DNA of 64,000 bases, taken from NCBI GenBank assembly GCA_030390025.1, contig CM059432.1, forward strand, positions 4,898,001-4,962,000, given 5' to 3'. The notes under the pieces were generated by a model, which worked only from the letters and a program-made list of their open reading frames with translations, had not been told where the DNA came from and ran no database searches. Shown piece after piece: positions 52,401-64,000 of this stretch. Origin of the DNA: Squalus acanthias. Lineage: Eukaryota. Numbering within the stretch: the first letter of the stretch is position 1; every line of letters starts with the position of its first letter. A program made the translations under genes and the position numbers.

Positions 52401-55400
52401 TAGTTATCTTGTTGGTTTGGATATTCGGGACACTATTAAAATTTGCGCTGGACGAAAAGCAGGGAGTATGGCTAACTCTGAAGAGTGTTCAGGGAAATAT
52501 GTACAGCTTAGAAGATTGGGCAGATAGATGTCAGATGAAATTTAATGCAGAGATGGCATATTTCCTCTCCTTATTCTCCCTCCCAAAATGTAACGAAATG
52601 GTTAAACTTAAGAGATTTAGGGATTCAGATATACAAGTCTTCAAAATTGGGAGGACAAGTTGATTAAGCAGTAAAACAAAATAGACAAGCCTGAGTTTTA
52701 TAAATAGGGGTACTGAGTACGAAATTGAAAGGCTTAATGCTTAAACTACACAAATTACTGGTTAGACCACTCCTGGAATATTGTGTCTAGTTTTAGATTC
52801 ACTAAGATTATAGCAGAAATTAGAGGCTTTGGTTATTAGGAGAGATTAGAGACACAGGGGCTCTTTTCATCAGGAACAGTAGCATAGTAGTTATGTTACT
52901 GGACTAGTAATCCAGAGGCCTAGACTACTTATCCGGAGACATGAGTTCAAATCCCACCACGGCAGCTGGGGAATTTAAATTCAGTTAATTAAATTTAAAA
53001 AAAAGCTAGCATCAGTAATGGTGAGCATGAAACTACCGGATTGCTGTAAAAACCCATCTTTAGGAAGGAAATCTGCCGTCCTTACCCAGTCTGGCCTACA
53101 TGTAACTCCAGACCCACAGCAATGTGGTTGACTCTTAACTGAAATGGCCGAGCGAGACTCTCAGTTGTACCAAACTGCAGCGGTTCAAGAAGGCGGCTTT
53201 CCACCACCTTCTCAAGAGCAAGTAGGGATGGGCAATAAATGATGGCCTCGCCAGCAACGCCTACATCCCATGAATGAATAAAACAAATTACACTAGTGAA
53301 GGCTGAGGGAGATCTTTTAGGTGGTGTTCAAAATTATGAACAGAAACTAGAGAGCATATATTTACGACCAAAAAAAGAGGTTAGAACTATTATTATTTTT
53401 TTTAAAGAGGGGTTTTAGGACGTGGAATATACAAGAAACAGCGGTGAAAGAAGGAGCCATATAAGCTTTTAAAGGGAAGTGGATAAATACTTTAAAAAAA
53501 ATAAACAGGAATGCAGCCACAGGCACAATGGCTGGATTAGTGCTGTAACATTCTAAGGCACTAACTAATCTGTTGAAAACCCAAATGTCATTTTCATTTG
53601 TAAAAATCTATAATATAGATAAAGCATAAAAGTGCTTGAAATTAACCAGAATACATAATTTTTAATGTAAAAAAAATTACCAGGGAAGCATGTCCAAGGA
53701 CACCCTAGAAATGCTCCACTAATTTTGTGTCTTCAACATTTGGATAACCCCTTCATTTTATTATAATTTGAATAGGGCCTTTTTGGTTTACTTCTATTGG
53801 AAGAAAAAAACCATGACCTCTACCACCTAGAAGGACAAGGGCAGCAGGCACATGGGAACACCACCACCTCCTAGTTCCCCTCCAAGTCACACACCATCCT
53901 GACTTGGAAATATATTGCCGTTCCTTCATCGTCACTGGGTCAAAATCTTGGAACTCCCTCCCTAACAGCACTGTGGGAGCACCTTCACCACACGGATTGC
54001 AGCGGTTCAAGGCGGCGGCTCACCACCAACTTCGAGGGCAATTAGGGATGGGCAATAAATGCTGGCCTTGCCAGTGACGCTCACATCCCAGGAACAAGTA
54101 AAAAAAAAGGCAAAATCATGAATGACATTCCCTATGACTGCAACCAGTGTATTATTCCTCCTTGCCACCTCCACAGCATTCAAAACAGATGGCCACACCA
54201 TCCACCTCCAGTGCCTCTCCTCAGTCACCAAGCTCCATGGGACTGCCCTTGCAGGTTTTCGTTTTACCTATCAGATGTAGCCAGTGCATTTCCAACAATA
54301 ATTTCACTTTCATCGCCCATACATCACATCCTCTAGGGGCCCTCAAGGATCTATTTTTGGCCCTCTCCCATTCCTTATCTACATGCCATCCCTTGGCAAC
54401 AACTGGCGCAGGGTGCGCTTTCACATGTGTGCTGATGATACCCAGCTCTACCTCTGCCACCACTTGTCTCAATCCCTCCACTGCCTCTGTGCTGTCAAAC
54501 TACTCATCTAACATTGTGTCTTGGACGAATCACATCTTCCTCCAGCTCAACATCAGGAAAACTTACACCATCATCTTGGGCCCCGACCACAAAACTCTGG
54601 TCCCTTGTCACCGATTGCATATCTATGCCTGTTCATTCTCTCAAGCTGAAGAAAAACATTTTCAATCTCGACATCCTCATTGACCTGGAGCAGAGTTAAT
54701 TAAACCACATATCCTATCCATCACAAGACCACTTACTGCCACCTCCACGGCAAGGCCTGGCTCCACCCCTTGATTCTGAATACCATATACAGACATCCAG
54801 GCCTTTGCCATTTTCAGACTCTACGATTTCAATGCTGTTCTGGCCAGCCTCCCATCCTCCATGCTCTGTAAACTTCAGCTTATCCTACCCTGCACCAAGT
54901 GGTGCTCACTGGCCTACATTGGTTCCCAGTCCCCAATGTCTCCAGTCTAACATTACCCTTGTGTTTAAATCCCTTCATGGCCTTGCCTCTCCTTTATCTC
55001 TTCATCCTCCTCCAGCCCTACAGACACTTCCCACCCACCCCCAAAAGAACTCTCCACTCTTCCGACTGGCCCCTTGTACATCACCCTCCCTTCACCTCAC
55101 CATTGATGACTGGACCGTCTGCCATCTAGGCCCCATGCTCTGAAATTGCCTCTCTAAACCCCGTCGCTTCTCTAGCCTTCCGCTCCTCTGTTAAACCTGC
55201 CTTAAAACCAACCACTTTGTCAAACTTTTGGTCACCTAATATCTCCTTCTTTGGCTCAGTGGCCATTTTTGTCCAATTATGCCTCTATGAAGCACCTTAG
55301 GATGTTTTTCTACATTAAGAAGGTACTTGTATATAAAACGCAAGTTGTTGTTGTTACTGCTGTGTTACCTTCAAACTCGACTACTCCAATGCTCAATTTG

Positions 55401-56118
55401 CTGTCTTTCCATCCTCCATAAACTGCAATGTATCCAAAACTCTGCTCGTCTCCTGTCCCACACCAAGTCTTGCTTGGCCATCACCCCTTCCTAGGTGACC
55501 TACAGAAACTCCCTGCCCTTCAATGCATTAATGTACAAGTCCTTGTCTATAAATTCCTCAATATTCTTGCTGCATCCTATCTGTGGAATGCTTTAGCCCG
55601 ATTTCCTGTTCGTAACACTCCATTCTTCGGTCTTTGGCCTTCTCTACGTCTACCCACCACTGATCACAGAATATACCTGCAGCCTGAAGTTACAAAGCCT
55701 GTACAACTGCTTGCTTTTTGCCTCAGGACCAGTCTTGAATTGGTTGGATTTTTTTTTAGGATTAATGTGGCAGCTTTGTTTTTTTAAGTTATTGGTCAGC
55801 TTTTGCCACACACACACACAGTTGGTGCTATGCAACATCAGGATCCCTGATTTACAGTTAAATAAGATAAATCTCTGGTCATTATCACACTGCTGTTTGT
55901 GGGAGCTTGCTGTGCGCAGATTGGCTGCCGCGTTTCCTACATTACAACAGTGACTACACTCCAAATGTACTTCAATGGCTGTAAAGCGCTGTGGGACATC
56001 CTGAGGTCGTGAAAGGGACTATAGAAATCCAAGTCTCTCTTTATTAAAGAGCACAAAAGATGCTTGAGATATTTGCAGGACAATGTTTTATGATCATGAG
56101 TATTTACATTGAAACTAA

Positions 56119-57464
56119 GGGGGCAATTTTCCCAATGGAGGCGAGTTTCAGTTTGGGTGGGTTTGAAACTCGCCTCCACTGATGGGAAAATCGCAAATTT
56201 TTGAAACCTATGATTGGCCACTTGATTTCAGAGGTGCGGGATGCCCTTGCTCAATTAGTGTTTTGGGACTGAAACTCGCCTCTGTTGACAGCACTTTTCC
56301 AGTCTGATTTTATGACTTCTTGCTCCCTTGGCTCATTCCACAGCATTTCTGCGTCTCCTGCACCACCGCCAACATCTTTTCAGATACGAATATCCAATTC
56401 CAAGGCAAGGGCCTACCCGAGGCTCTCGGATGAGGCGCTGCAAATGTTGTTTGAGGGGGTGACAGCTAGCATGAAGGTGCTCTTCCACTCATCTCGGAGG
56501 AAGGGGCCTGCCAAAGAAACCAAGGCTGGCAAGGGATATAACCTCCAGATCTGTGTGCAGATTGGGAGACTGTTTCTGTGTATTGATGAAATGCCATCCC
56601 TGTTGGAAAGTATTAAAATGATTTGAAGCCAAAATGTTGGCGTTATGCCATCTGTTCTTTCGCCTTAGGCAGCTCCACATTGCAGGCACTGCCACACTTG
56701 CACTGTCAGGTTGGTGGCCTGAGTGAAAGGAGGCCAGAGAGTCATGTCCATTGTCAATGATGTCCTAGGATGGAGCCAAGGACATGTGCCAACTTGGGCA
56801 ACTTATGCAAATCTGGCCATGATAAGTTCATCCCTTGCATCCCAGGCAGCCATGTGCTCGCCTGCTGCCGCTGCACTGACGCTCTGACCTCCTCCTCCAG
56901 ATCCTCCTCCTCATCATCCTCATCTGAGGTCGATGCAGAAAGAAAACGAATGGTTCCCATTCTGCTTGTTGATGGCTCCTTTGGGGAAGCGCCCATTGCA
57001 AGCGGGGAGAGGATCTTCCAAGGAGGCCCCACAGTTGATGGAGTCAAGCTGCAGCACCTCCAACTTTGGAAGGCCTTCTAAAAGTGCTCAGAGACCTTTT
57101 AAAGCCAAGGTCTGGCACCTGCAAGTAATCCTTGCTGCAATAAACGATGTCTTGTTAGACCTGCAGCAGTGAGGAGGCCACCCACGAGTCAACCCGTCAG
57201 GTTTACCTGGCGTGGTTCAGGAGGTGCGTGGAGCACGCCAAAATGCTGGAAACATCACGAGGGCCTCTCAAAATAGGCTTAGAGAGGCCCTTAACAAGCA
57301 TTTAAGGAGGTTAAATAGCGCAATGGCCAGCTGGAGGCGGGAGCGTTTCCCGACCTCCAAAACAGACACCGGCAAAATCCCGCAGAGGCGGGTTCCAAAC
57401 CCGACCTCTTTGAATCTGATTTTCCCGCCTTCAAACCCGCCTCCGACGTCAGAAAATCGCCCCC
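56119..57464. mobile_element. PIF/Harbinger deletion derivative with a Myb/SANT-like remnant
   Basis: TIRs GGGGGCAATTTTC / GAAAATCGCCCCC, with TSD TAA on both sides (56116-56118, 57465-57467). ORF 56285-56626 contains RAYPRLSDEALQMLFEGVTASMKVLF, resembling the Myb-like protein of Harbingers. Confidence 0.85.
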
Positions 57465-57799
57465 TAAGTCATAGGTTACGAGAATCCTGCCTCAAAAGGC
57501 TTCCCTAGGCCACTGGGAACTTAATCATATTTTGAGAACATTCATTACCAATAGTACTTACCCAGCAGGAATGGTGAGGAGAGAAATGCTCATGGTCAGA
57601 AAGCACTGGAGCATGGGATCCCATGTTTTGGAACCACGGAGGGGAGGGGTGTGGGGAGAATAGGTTTCCGGAGCACTGCAGGGTGACAGGGGCAATTATC
57701 ACTGTAGAGGGGCGTTATTAATGTTCAAGGACAGTTTGTAACAGGTCACACACTGTCTCTCTTCACACTCGTCTTTCTCAAAGTCTCATTCTCTCTCAA

Positions 57800-60700
57800 A
57801 GAACATAAGAACATAAGAAATAGGAGCAGGAATAGGCCACTTAGCCCCTCGAGCCTGCTCTGCCATTCAATAAGATCATGGCTGATCTTGGGCTCAAAGC
57901 CACTTCCCTGCCCGCTCCCCATAACCCTTCATTCCCTTATCTTGCAAAAATCTGTCTATCTCCACCTTAAATGTATTTAATGACCCAGCCTCCACAGCTC
58001 TCTGGGGCAGAGAATTCCACAGATTTACGACCCTCTGAGAGAAGAAATTCCTCCTCATCTCCGTTCTAAAAGGGCGACCCTTTATTCTGAAACTATGCCC
58101 CCGAGTTCTAGATTTCCCCACGAGGGGAAACATCCTCTCTGCATCTACCTTGTCGAGCCCCTTCAGTATCTTATCACCTCTCATTCTTCTAAATTCCAAT
58201 GAGTATAGGCCCAACCTGCTCAACCTTTCTTCATAAGTCAACCCCCTCATCTCTGGAATTAACCTAGTGAATCGTCTCTGAACTGCCTCCAATGCAAGTA
58301 TATCCTTCCTTAAATAAGGAGACCAAAACTGTACGCAGTACTCAAGGTGTGGCCTCACCAATACCCTGTACAATTGTAGCAGGACTCAACTTGTTCCCGC
58401 CCCTCGCTCCATCTCCACTCTCTTGCACTCTCTTCCTCTCTCCGGCCTCACTCTCTTCCCCACCTTGCAACATGCTTCCTTGCTTCACCCACACTCACTT
58501 GCTTCTGCTTTTCCTCTCCCCTTCTTGCCCCATCTGTCTCTACTACATTCCTTCTCTCCTCTCCCCCTTAGCCTTCTCTGTCCTCCTTTGCGTTTCTCGC
58601 TCCCTCTCCTACATACCTCAACCTCCTTAGGTTTGTATCTCCCCCTTTCTCTATCTCCCCAGTAACAGTAGATGGAATTGAGGAAAATGTGGCTTGTGGA
58701 TAGAGTGGCAGTTGGAATGCAGAAAACAAAGAGAAGGGATAAACAATGATTTCATAGATTGAAAAATGTGGTGAGTGTTCCACCAGGGTCTTTGCTGGGG
58801 ACACTCTTATTTAATATAAATCATCTGGTCTTGGATATTAAGGGAACAATACTGAAATTTTCTGATGACAAAATTGAGAGGGATGGCAAATTGTGAGGAG
58901 GAATGTGGAAAACTGCAGAAGCTGGGCCTGCAGATAAGTGACAGATACAGTTCAACCTTAAAAAGTGAAAAATACATTTTGGAAGAATAAGGAACGGAAA
59001 TGCATTTTAATGGGTGAGATTTCAAAAGAAGTAGCGAGCAGATGAACCTTGATTATGTGGGTGCACAGGTCATTAAAAAAAGTACTGCACAAATCGACAA
59101 GGGCATAAAAAAAAGACAAGCAGAATTATTAGCATCAAGAGTCTTTGAATATAAATAGCAAAGGAGGTAATGGTGAACTTGTACAAGACCTTAAATTAAG
59201 CTGCATTTGAAGTGGTGTGCGCAGTTTTGGGTACTTTATTATAGAATAAATATTAAAGTAACAGAAAAGGTGCTGCATATATTCACCACCAGAGATGAGA
59301 CTTAAGAAATTAGAGCTTTTTTTAAAAAAATGAAGAGCTAAGAAAATTAAGTGTGACCTCCGAGGCTTTCAAGGTTATAATAAGGCAAATAGTGCTAGAT
59401 TGTTTCTGCTGGGCAATGAGAGGGCACAAATTAAAGGGGAATGTTAGGGGAAAGATGTCTATACTTAGAGGATGGTTACATTTTCAAATTCTCTGGCGCA
59501 GACTGTTGAAGTGCCCACAAATTCTCTTACAAAGGGAATTAGATAGTTGTTTGAAAAATAGGGAAATTAAAGGATATATGGGGAGCGAGCAAAAGAGTAG
59601 GATTAGACTAGATGGCTACATTAAAGAACCCCCCAGCCAGACTTGATGGACCAAATGGCATGTTTCAATGAGGTAGCATTAAACAAAATTGCTACCATTG
59701 ACTGACCATGTCCAAAGCTAGCAAGAGACCTATAGAGCACCATGGTCAAAATCACACAGTAGACCATTGGTGACTTTGCTTACAGCAGTCTTGGTGCTGT
59801 TGTGGAAGCACAGAAGCCAGATTGAAGGTATTCAAACAGCCATTGCCGGGGGAAAGTGGGCATGAAGTTGGGTGGCAATAACGCATTTTAGAAACTTGGG
59901 AGAGGAGCAGGAAGTTGGAGATGGAGTGGGAGTTAAAAGATGGTGGAAGGGTAAATGATGGACTTTTAAAAAAAGGGAAAGGTAAAAAGGAAAAGGTAGT
60001 CAGCACTTTTGGTACAATGCCAGAGGACAGTGAATTGTTAATAGAAACATAGAAAAATAAGAGCAGGAGTAGGCCATTCGGCCCTTCGAGCCTGCCCCGC
60101 CATTCAATGAGATTATGGTTGATCCTCTATCTCAATACCATATTCCCGCTCTCTCCCCATACCCCTTGATGCCTTTTGTGTCTAGAAATCTATCTATCTC
60201 CTTCTTAAATATATTCAGTGACTTGGCCTCCACAGCCTTCTGTGGTAGAGAATTCCACAGGTTCACCACCCTCTGAGTGAAGACATTTCTCCTCATCTCA
60301 GTCCTAAATGTCCTACCCCGTATCCTGAGACTGTGACCCCTCGTTCTAGACCCCCCCCCCAGCCCGGGGAAACATCCTCCCTGCATCCAGTCTGTCTAGC
60401 CCGGTCAGAATTTTATACGTTTCAATGAGATTCCCTCTCATTCTTCTAAACTCTAGTGAATACAGACCTAGTCGACCCAATCTCTCCTCATACAACAGTC
60501 CTGCCATCCCAGGATTCAGTCTGGTGAACCTTCGCTGCACTCCCTCTATGGCAAGTATATCCTTTCGAAGGAAAGTCACCTTTAACAGGTGATGGACCTC
60601 AAGAGAGGAGTTTAGTAAGGGCTGGAAGAGAGAGGGGTGGAAAAGCCAAAACAACATTTTGAGGTGGAAGCTGGGACAGCAGACAGTGGGGACAAGAGAA

Positions 60701-60900
60701 TCAAGTGGCAGCTGAGGAGTAATCCATGAACTTGACATCAAATGCAAAGATGGCAGATTTTTGGAAGAGGGAGATTGAAGGAAGCTGTTTAAGATAGAAA
60801 AAAGAGAACTTAGGGTTTTTTCTTGCCTTCCAATATGACACTGGAATAGGAGGGTTTTGGTAGATGAGAGGGAGAGGCATTACATCAGAAATGAAAAATC
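57800..60900. mobile_element. LINE fragments: CR1 57800-58385 (-), old CR1 58660-59680 (+), CR1 60042-60567 (-) within degenerate L2-like sequence
   Basis: ORFs 57894-58373, 60132-60386 and 60346-60747 encode the CR1 C-terminus. Confidence 0.75.
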
Positions 60901-61150
60901 AGCAGGTTGCATACATTGCAGAACGCAAGAGGTAAGGTAAAAATCACTTTTCTCCTTTACCCATAAAATACAGAGGCGAACTGGGCTTACAGGTGAGCTT
61001 GCAATTTTCATGATTAAAATACAGGTCAAACTCTGGAGTGAACATCCCACAAACTACATTTTCAAGATTGCATATGATTTTCACAGCTCTCACATTCTTT
61101 AGGCAGAATTCCATCTTGCACTATACATGAAATTAATAAGCTATTCAACA

Positions 61151-61386
61151 ATATAAGCGCAAAATACTGTGGGTGCTGGAAATCTGAAATAAAACAGAAA
61201 ATGCTGGAAATACTCAGCAGGTCAGGCAACAGCTGTGAAGAGAGAAACAGAGTTAACGTTTCAGGTCGATGACCTTTCGTCAGAACTCAAATTTAATCAA
61301 TCATCGACCTGAAACGTTAACGCTGTTTCTCTCTCCACAGACGCTGCCTGACCTGCTGAGTATTTCCAGCATTTTCTGTTTTTATT
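61151..61386. mobile_element. Penelope-like inverted terminal-repeat insertion flanked by a 14-bp direct repeat
   Basis: TAAGCTATTCAACA at 61137-61150 and 61387-61400. Internal arms of about 85 bp are inverted. Hammerhead motif on the minus strand at 61251-61287. Confidence 0.8.
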
Positions 61387-61859
61387 TAAGCTATTCAACA
61401 GTTTGAAATAAAGAAAACCTGCTACGAAACAGTGAAACAGGTATAAGTTAGAGGGGCTTCCACTGCCAACCGTGGAAAGGAAACAGCAGTGTGATTATTA
61501 GCAATTAAACAAATGTATCCAGTTAAAGTGATGCTATCAACAAAAGGAATCATGAAGGTTTTGGGATGTACTTCATTGGTATCCAATTATAAATTGAAAC
61601 AAATTACTTCCAACCACGGCTGTATGTCTCGTTGCTACAGCTATATTTGAAACATTGTGATCTTGGGTAATTTACCTTCACCAGTACATTGATATACAAT
61701 GTGGCGGTTCGGAGAAGAGCAATAAATAGAGCTCAGGAACTTGAATCTAAGTTATAAAGGCAGCCACACCAGAAATGAAGAAAACAAAATGAAGGCTAGT
61801 AATCCAAAATTTTAAAAAAATATGCTGGACCAACACAATGAGTCAGTCAACATATGAAT

Positions 61860-62433
61860 TAGAAAATAACAACAGAAAACGCTGGAAAAACTCAGCAGGC
61901 CAGGCAGCAACCGTGGAGAGAGAAACAGAGTTAACGTTTCAGGTCCAAGACCTTTCGTCAGAACTGGAAAAAAGCAGGAAATGAAATAGATTTAAAGCAA
62001 GGATAAAGCTGGGAAAAGGGGGAGGGGATGAAAGAACAAAAGAAGGAGAGATTAAGAGATATTGAGAGACATTAAGAGATGATCAAGGCAAGAGGAGGTG
62101 TTAATGTGACAGGTTGAGGCTAAATGAAGTGTGAAATGCACTGGCAGAATGAAGGACAGCTGCCAGCTTCAGGGAGGGAAAAAAAAGGGGGGGCCCAAAC
62201 AAAAGCGTGGATGAAAAAATAAAATATAAATGTGATAGGGGCCGAGGTTATGATCTAAAATTGTTGAACTCGATGTTGAGTCCAGAGGGCTTTAGGGTGC
62301 CTAAACGAAAGATGAGGTGCTGTTCCTCGAGCTTACGCTGAGCTTCCGTGGAACAGTGTAATAGGCTGAGGACGGTGAGGTCAGAGTGGGAGTGGAGCGG
62401 AGAATTAAAGTGACAGGCCACCGGGAGCTCGGG
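61860..62433 (-). mobile_element. Penelope-like element 3' end: GIY-YIG endonuclease C-terminus (62248-62433) and terminal repeat with hammerhead motif (61929-61965)
   Basis: Minus frame PELPVACHFNSPLHSHSDLTVLSLLHCSTEAQRKLEEQHLIFRLGTLKPSGLNIEFNNFRS* is typical of Penelope endonuclease ends. Confidence 0.85.
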
Positions 62434-62929
62434 AGTATTTTGCTATCATGTGAATTAGAAAGACAGGTTAAGGCTTCAAGCAAGACCCTTCATCAGCTCT
62501 GACGAAGAGTCATCTCAAAACATTAGCATTTCACAGAAGTGAAGTGAACTTATTTCAACTGAGGAACAAGTAAAATGGGCATGTCTTCGTTCTATAAAAT
62601 ACAGGGATAACATTAGAAACAAGTTATTTAACTTAAACTGTGAACACACACAGCTAGAAGGTACATGTACATAATTAACCAGTCCCAACTAAGATGTTCT
62701 GTTGCATGAGCTGTTTTAATTAATTTGATGGGTCATGGAGATATTTCTGAGAGCTTCCAACTTCTTGGAAATTTGGTTAATGGCCTCTTTCAAAGAAACT
62801 AAATTATTGATTATAATCTATAACATTGCAAACTTGACATGGTCTGTTGAAAATGGACATGATGGCTCATTTTTTTCCCCTCATTCCACACAGTTGTTTA
62901 TTGATTTGACCAGCAGCTAGTGACCAAAG

Positions 62930-63261
62930 AAAAGAAAGATCTTACATAGCGCCTTCCACAACCTCAGGACGTCCCAAAGCGCTTTACAGCCAATGACATA
63001 CTTTTGAAGTGTAGTCACTGTTGTAATGTAGGCAAACGTGGCAGCCAATTTACACAGAGCAAGGCCCCACGAGTGAGATAATGACCAGATAATCTGTTTC
63101 AGCGATGTCGGTTGAGGGATAAATGCTGGCCAGGACACCAGGGATAACTCCCCGCTATTCTTTGAAATAGTGCCACGAGATCTTTCTCATCAACCCAAGA
63201 GGGCAGACGGGGCCTCGGTTTAATGTCTCATCCAAAAGATGGCATCCCTGACAGTGCAGCA
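62930..63261 (-). mobile_element. SacSINE1-like SINE, cut off at 63261 by an LTR-like insertion
   Basis: The shared SINE body stops abruptly at cagtgcagca. Confidence 0.75.
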
Positions 63262-63833
63262 TGTTGGGCTGCTTTCTGGTGCTTTTTCGTTTTGTTTCGT
63301 TTCGTTGCTTTAAATGTCAGATTACACACACACTCAGTTGTAGTAATGCAGGATCAGGTCTTTATTGAAACCTCATTACAGGAAACTTTCGTTTATCCGG
63401 CACCGACGGGACCGGCGTGGTGCCGGTTGATCGAAAGTGCCGGATTACAGAGAGGTATACTTACCAAGGTACGAGAGCCCCGTACACGGCCACAGGCTGA
63501 ACAATTGGGACCCGGAGAGGGAAGGTAAACGAGACTCCGGCTTTTTCCTCCGTGGCGGCGACAGGTCAGAGTCGGAAGAACGTTGACCCCCCTTTCGTGG
63601 GGGCGAAAGGTCAGAATCGGGGTCTTGTCTGGATAATAAAACTTACCTGATTTTTGCCGGTTAAGCGAGAATTCCGGATATTAGGGTGCCGGATAAACGA
63701 AAGTTTCCTGTACTACACAAACCAGTATGAGCTGCTGAGACACACACTTTCCATGATTCCAGTGTGAGCTAGTTGTTTTTGAGACATACACGAGCCAATT
63801 CCAGTGTGTGCTACTAAACAGTGTTCCCTTACA
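63262..63833 (-). mobile_element. Probable 3' LTR of a Gypsy-type element
   Basis: The minus strand runs TGTAAGGG...CCCAACA with an internal AATAAA and is preceded by a purine-rich tract. Upstream, a frameshifted IK-RPESLVV* resembles an integrase C-terminus. Confidence 0.45.
63379..63710. mobile_element. Tc1/mariner-superfamily (pogo/Tigger-like) MITE, 332 bp
   Basis: Perfect 26-bp TIRs CAGGAAACTTTCGTTTATCCGGCACC with TA on both sides (63377-63378, 63711-63712). Confidence 0.92.
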
Positions 63834-64000
63834 TTTCTTATACTAATTTTCCCCTTTGATCACTACATTCCATGCATACTATTAATAAATCATGGTACAT
63901 CAAAGGTACATACAAATGTCACAGAATAATATAAACTAAACAACCAGGCTCTCCGGTCTTTTAATTGTTTTATTGCCACAATAAAACCTCACTCCCTAAA

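Larger units (their letters stand above)
33085..55791 (+). repeat. Tandem segmental duplication: copy 1 at 33085-44439, copy 2 at 44453-55791
   Basis: Near-identical ORF sets offset by 11368, then 11366, then 11352. Only small indels were seen. The junction insert is AGTTAAGTTAAGT. Confidence 0.98.

Noticed and set aside
62484..62520. Additional hammerhead (cttcatcag/ctgacgaag back-to-back)
   Set aside because: Stem II and the GAAA box are disrupted, so it is a decayed remnant only.

Overview
Vertebrate genomic DNA, almost certainly from a cartilaginous fish (shark). This is inferred from HER1/CR1-type LINEs, an HE1-type V-SINE, SacSINE1-type DeuSINEs and Penelope remnants. The only recognisable host coding sequence is one 120-bp minus-strand exon at 4818-4937 that matches exon 2 of B4GALT6 (lactosylceramide synthase). 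Exon 1 was not found, so the rest of the window is most likely introns 2 and 1 of that gene. The introns are a dense nest of transposable elements: CR1 and L2 LINEs, including one near-full-length CR1 with an esterase ORF1; tRNA-derived SINEs; Penelope-like elements with minimal hammerhead-ribozyme motifs; a PIF/Harbinger element; a Tc1/mariner-type MITE; and LTR/gag remnants. Four structures stand out. (1) A near-identical 11.35-kb tandem duplication (33085-44439 / 44453-55791) with an (AAGTT)n templated junction. (2) Inside each copy, a 3.77-kb non-autonomous hAT element with an exact 8-bp TSD that carries a CCAAT/GC-box promoter and two phase-compatible putative exons. (3) A 30-bp minisatellite that grew inside a fold-back element. 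(4) Several minimal hammerhead motifs with intact cores. All calls were made by eye; repeat-fragment boundaries are approximate unless a TSD or TIR is quoted.
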